NCBI GenBank assembly: GCA_030390025.1 | Contig: CM059431.1 | Span: 103,604,001 to 103,668,000 of the forward strand | Direction: 5' to 3' | Source: Squalus acanthias | Taxonomy: Eukaryota | Length of the DNA stretch: 64,000 nt | In this document: positions 61,307 to 64,000 of the stretch, in pieces | Layout of the letters: the number at the start of each line of letters is the position of its first letter | Numbering within the stretch: the first letter of the stretch is position 1 | Notes under the pieces: model-generated | What the model saw: only the letters and a program-made list of their open reading frames with translations | What the model was told of the DNA's origin: nothing | Databases searched by the model: none | Position numbers and translations under genes: made by a program

Positions 61307-62072
61307 GGGCCAGAAATTCGGCTGTTGTCGGGTGAGTACGCGCTGTGTACTCACCCGTAAGGCCACCTGAAGTGCCGGTTTCCTGCATGCACTGCGCATG
61401 CGCGGGAAACCGGAACTTCCGTTCCCCTGAAGGAAGGGGTTCAGAAGTCGAACGCGTGCGCGGGAGAGGTTGCGCGCAAGCAGCGAACTTCGTTTTCTTT
61501 TTCAGGTTTCTCCGGGAGGGTAAGTATGGAGAAGCTGCACTTTTAAAAAGGAGGCGCAAGGCCTGTTTTTAACAAGGTAAGTGGTTAATTAATTACAATT
61601 TAAACATTTTTTTAACAGGTTTATCTTTTTTAGATACTTTAAAGAAAGGTAAGTTTATTTTTAGCACCGTTAAAAAGTATAATTCACTTTTTCAAAAATG
61701 TTAATTTTTGTTTAAAGTAGTTAAATTTATGTAACTTATAGTTATTTTAAAAATGTGATGTTTTAAAAAAAAATTATTTAAAGTTTAAGTGTGGTTTTGG
61801 GGCCGATCTCTATTCATAGATTTGACAGGTCTTCCTGTCAAATCTATGAATGAAAATGCCTTGTTAGGATTCGCTCTCCATGGCCCACGTGATCCCAGGG
61901 GACGCTTCGAACTAACTGCGCCCCTGGGATACACAAGCACTGCGCGCCGGCAGCTGGAGGAGGCCCAGGAGCCGAAGTCCTCATGGGCCCAAAGCACAGC
62001 AGCAGGCGCGGTGAGCAAGTACGCTCGCGATGCTTACACCCGCAGGAAGCCGAAAAGCCAAATTTCTGGCCC
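61307..62072. mobile_element. ~760-bp MITE (GGCC-ended family)
   Basis: gggccagaaatt / aatttctggccc; att/att TSD; reverse-complement homolog of 28914-29667. Confidence 0.9.
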
Positions 62073-62414
62073 ATTACTTCAATGGATACACCAAGAAATT
62101 ACATTGTTCTTGTATTGAACTTGGAATACCACGGAGTCACAACGACTGATAAAAACTAGTTAAAGTAGTATTAGAAATTCAATAGAAAGACTTCGATAAG
62201 AATTGCATCAAACAGAAACCATTGCTGTCATTGTGTTTATGATGGTTTTGGAAACACCTAAACAGGACACAAGTCTAAAAGCTGACAGCTGAAATGACAG
62301 TAAAGAATAGAACAAAGTCAGCAAAGAATGACTTGATACAATTAGCTTACACAAGCATGAAAACTTCAAAGGATAAGCCACCCAAAAGAGATATAAAAAT
62401 ATACCTTTTCAAAC

Positions 62415-62870
62415 AGAAAATCACATTTTTAAAATGACTTGAAATTACAATAAATTAACTATTTTAAACAAAACTTTAAATTTTTGAAAAAAGTAATTAA
62501 AGTTTTTTACTGGGCTAAAAATAAACTTACCTTTTTTAAAGTTTTTTTAAATGATAAATCAGTGCGAATTTTTTTTTTTTTTACTTTTTTTCAACTCTTA
62601 TCCTGGTAAAAGCAGGCCTTACCCCTGCTTTTACCAGGCGCAAGAATTGTCAGGGTTTTCTGCGGGCGGAGGGTCTCCAAAAAGCGGAACTATCCGCCCG
62701 CAGAGGCCCTTCTCCCGGGCAGGCGGAGAATCTGCCAAGAGCTTTCTTGACAGGTCAGAAATGCCGGTTTCCAGCGCATGCGCAGTGCATGCCTAAAACC
62801 GGCATTTCCGATGTCCCTACGGGTGGGTACACAGCGCGTACACACCCGTAGGGATCGGAATATCCGGCCC
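62415..62870. mobile_element. Truncated MITE of the same family (45627-type end)
   Basis: Ends gaatatccggccc; AT-rich core and ccggtttccagcgcatgcgcagtgcatgc arm; other end missing. Confidence 0.75.
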
Positions 62871-63474
62871 CGTGTCTCTCGGGGACGTCTCAAAGTGCCT
62901 CATTTTCAATGGATTGCTGTGAAGTGCAGTGCCGTGTTATGTAGATAATGCACACGCACCAAGGCCCCGCACAAGGTGAATCACCAGTTGACCTGCAACA
63001 ATGTTCATTCACTCAGTAATATGCTCGCACATCACCTTAGATTATACACTCAAATCTGGAGCGGGGTGCGAACCTATCGGGAAAGAATATCAACCAAGCC
63101 AGGCTGACAATTAACGCGGCTGAATTGTCGTATCAATTATGGCGCTGATTCATTTATTGAAATATATTATAATAGACTGAACAGCAGACACTCCATTGAA
63201 CAGCAAACTCAACAAGGAAATGAAATGCCCCTTTTAATCTAATGCAACCAAAAAATTTCAATCATAGCTCTTTATTAATGCGTTGAAATTGATTAATAGT
63301 GGACAACTGCATGGAATGGTGGATTAACTTGATACAAAACGCTTTATTTAATCTCCTTAACTGTTTAACTCCAATAACTTTATGGTGAAAAGGATGACAA
63401 TACAGCCACGCAGTCATTTTGGAACCATCGCGATGCTGTACGTTGGATCTGTTCTATGAGCAATGAAAGAGGTC

Positions 63475-64000
63475 AACAACAACTTGTATTTATACTGGGC
63501 CTTTAACGTAGTAAAACGTCCCGCGGCATCTCACACGAGCATCATCGGACAAAATTTGACCACCGAGCCACATAAAGAGATATTAGGACAGGGCTTGGTC
63601 ACGGAGGTGGGTTTTAAGGAGCGACTTACAGGAGGAGAGAGAGAGGTTAGAGAGAGGCGGAGAGGGTTAGGGAGGGAATTCCAGAGCTTAGGGCCCAGGC
63701 AGCTGAAGGTACGGCCGCCAATGGTAGAGGGATGAAAATCGGGGGATGCGCAAGAGGCCAGAATTGGAGGAGCAACAACAACAACAACAGCTTGCATTTA
63801 TATAGCTCCTTTAACGTATTATAACGTCCCGCGGCATCTCACAGGAGCGTTACCGGAGAAAGTCTGACACCGAGCCACATAAGGAGATATTGGGACAGGT
63901 GACCCAAGGCTTGGTCAAAGAGGTAGGTTTTAAGGAGCGTCTTAAAGTTGGAGAGAGAGGTGGAGAGGCGGAGAGGTTTAGGGAGGGAATTCCAGAGCTT
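63475..64000 (-). mobile_element. Two adjacent L2 3' ends (63475-63772; 63773-end)
   Basis: Each begins with an (aac)n tail and encodes the ...GPKLWNSLP..LRLS..F C-terminus on the minus strand. Confidence 0.88.

Overview
Eukaryotic, repeat-dense DNA. The repeat repertoire (HE1/V-SINE-like and Deu-domain SINEs, abundant CR1 and L2 3' fragments) points to a cartilaginous fish; this is an inference. I find no convincing host protein-coding exon, RNA gene or CRISPR array. The main coding elements are all mobile. (1) Two Penelope-like retroelements (RT + GIY-YIG; 8426-10167 decayed, 30016-32270 with an open but 5'-truncated ORF) have 3' ends carrying minimal hammerhead-ribozyme motifs; a ~200-bp inverted-repeat mini-element is built from the same hammerhead terminus (10952-11150). 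(2) A two-gene PIF/Harbinger transposon (transposase plus a convergent, spliced Myb/SANT gene; 35617-44161) has its right terminal repeat split by (3) a young full-length Gypsy LTR retrotransposon (39646-44155). That element has no tRNA-type PBS but has a 13-nt complement to its own LTR poly(A)-signal region. Other features: a 2.4-kb 33-bp minisatellite that grew out of a DeuSINE internal segment, a SINE>MITE>1.6-kb solo LTR nest, and several MITE families with 3-bp TSDs. The strongest candidates for under-described biology are RNA-level: the hammerhead termini and mini-element, and the Gypsy self-complementary leader. I cannot establish novelty without database searches.
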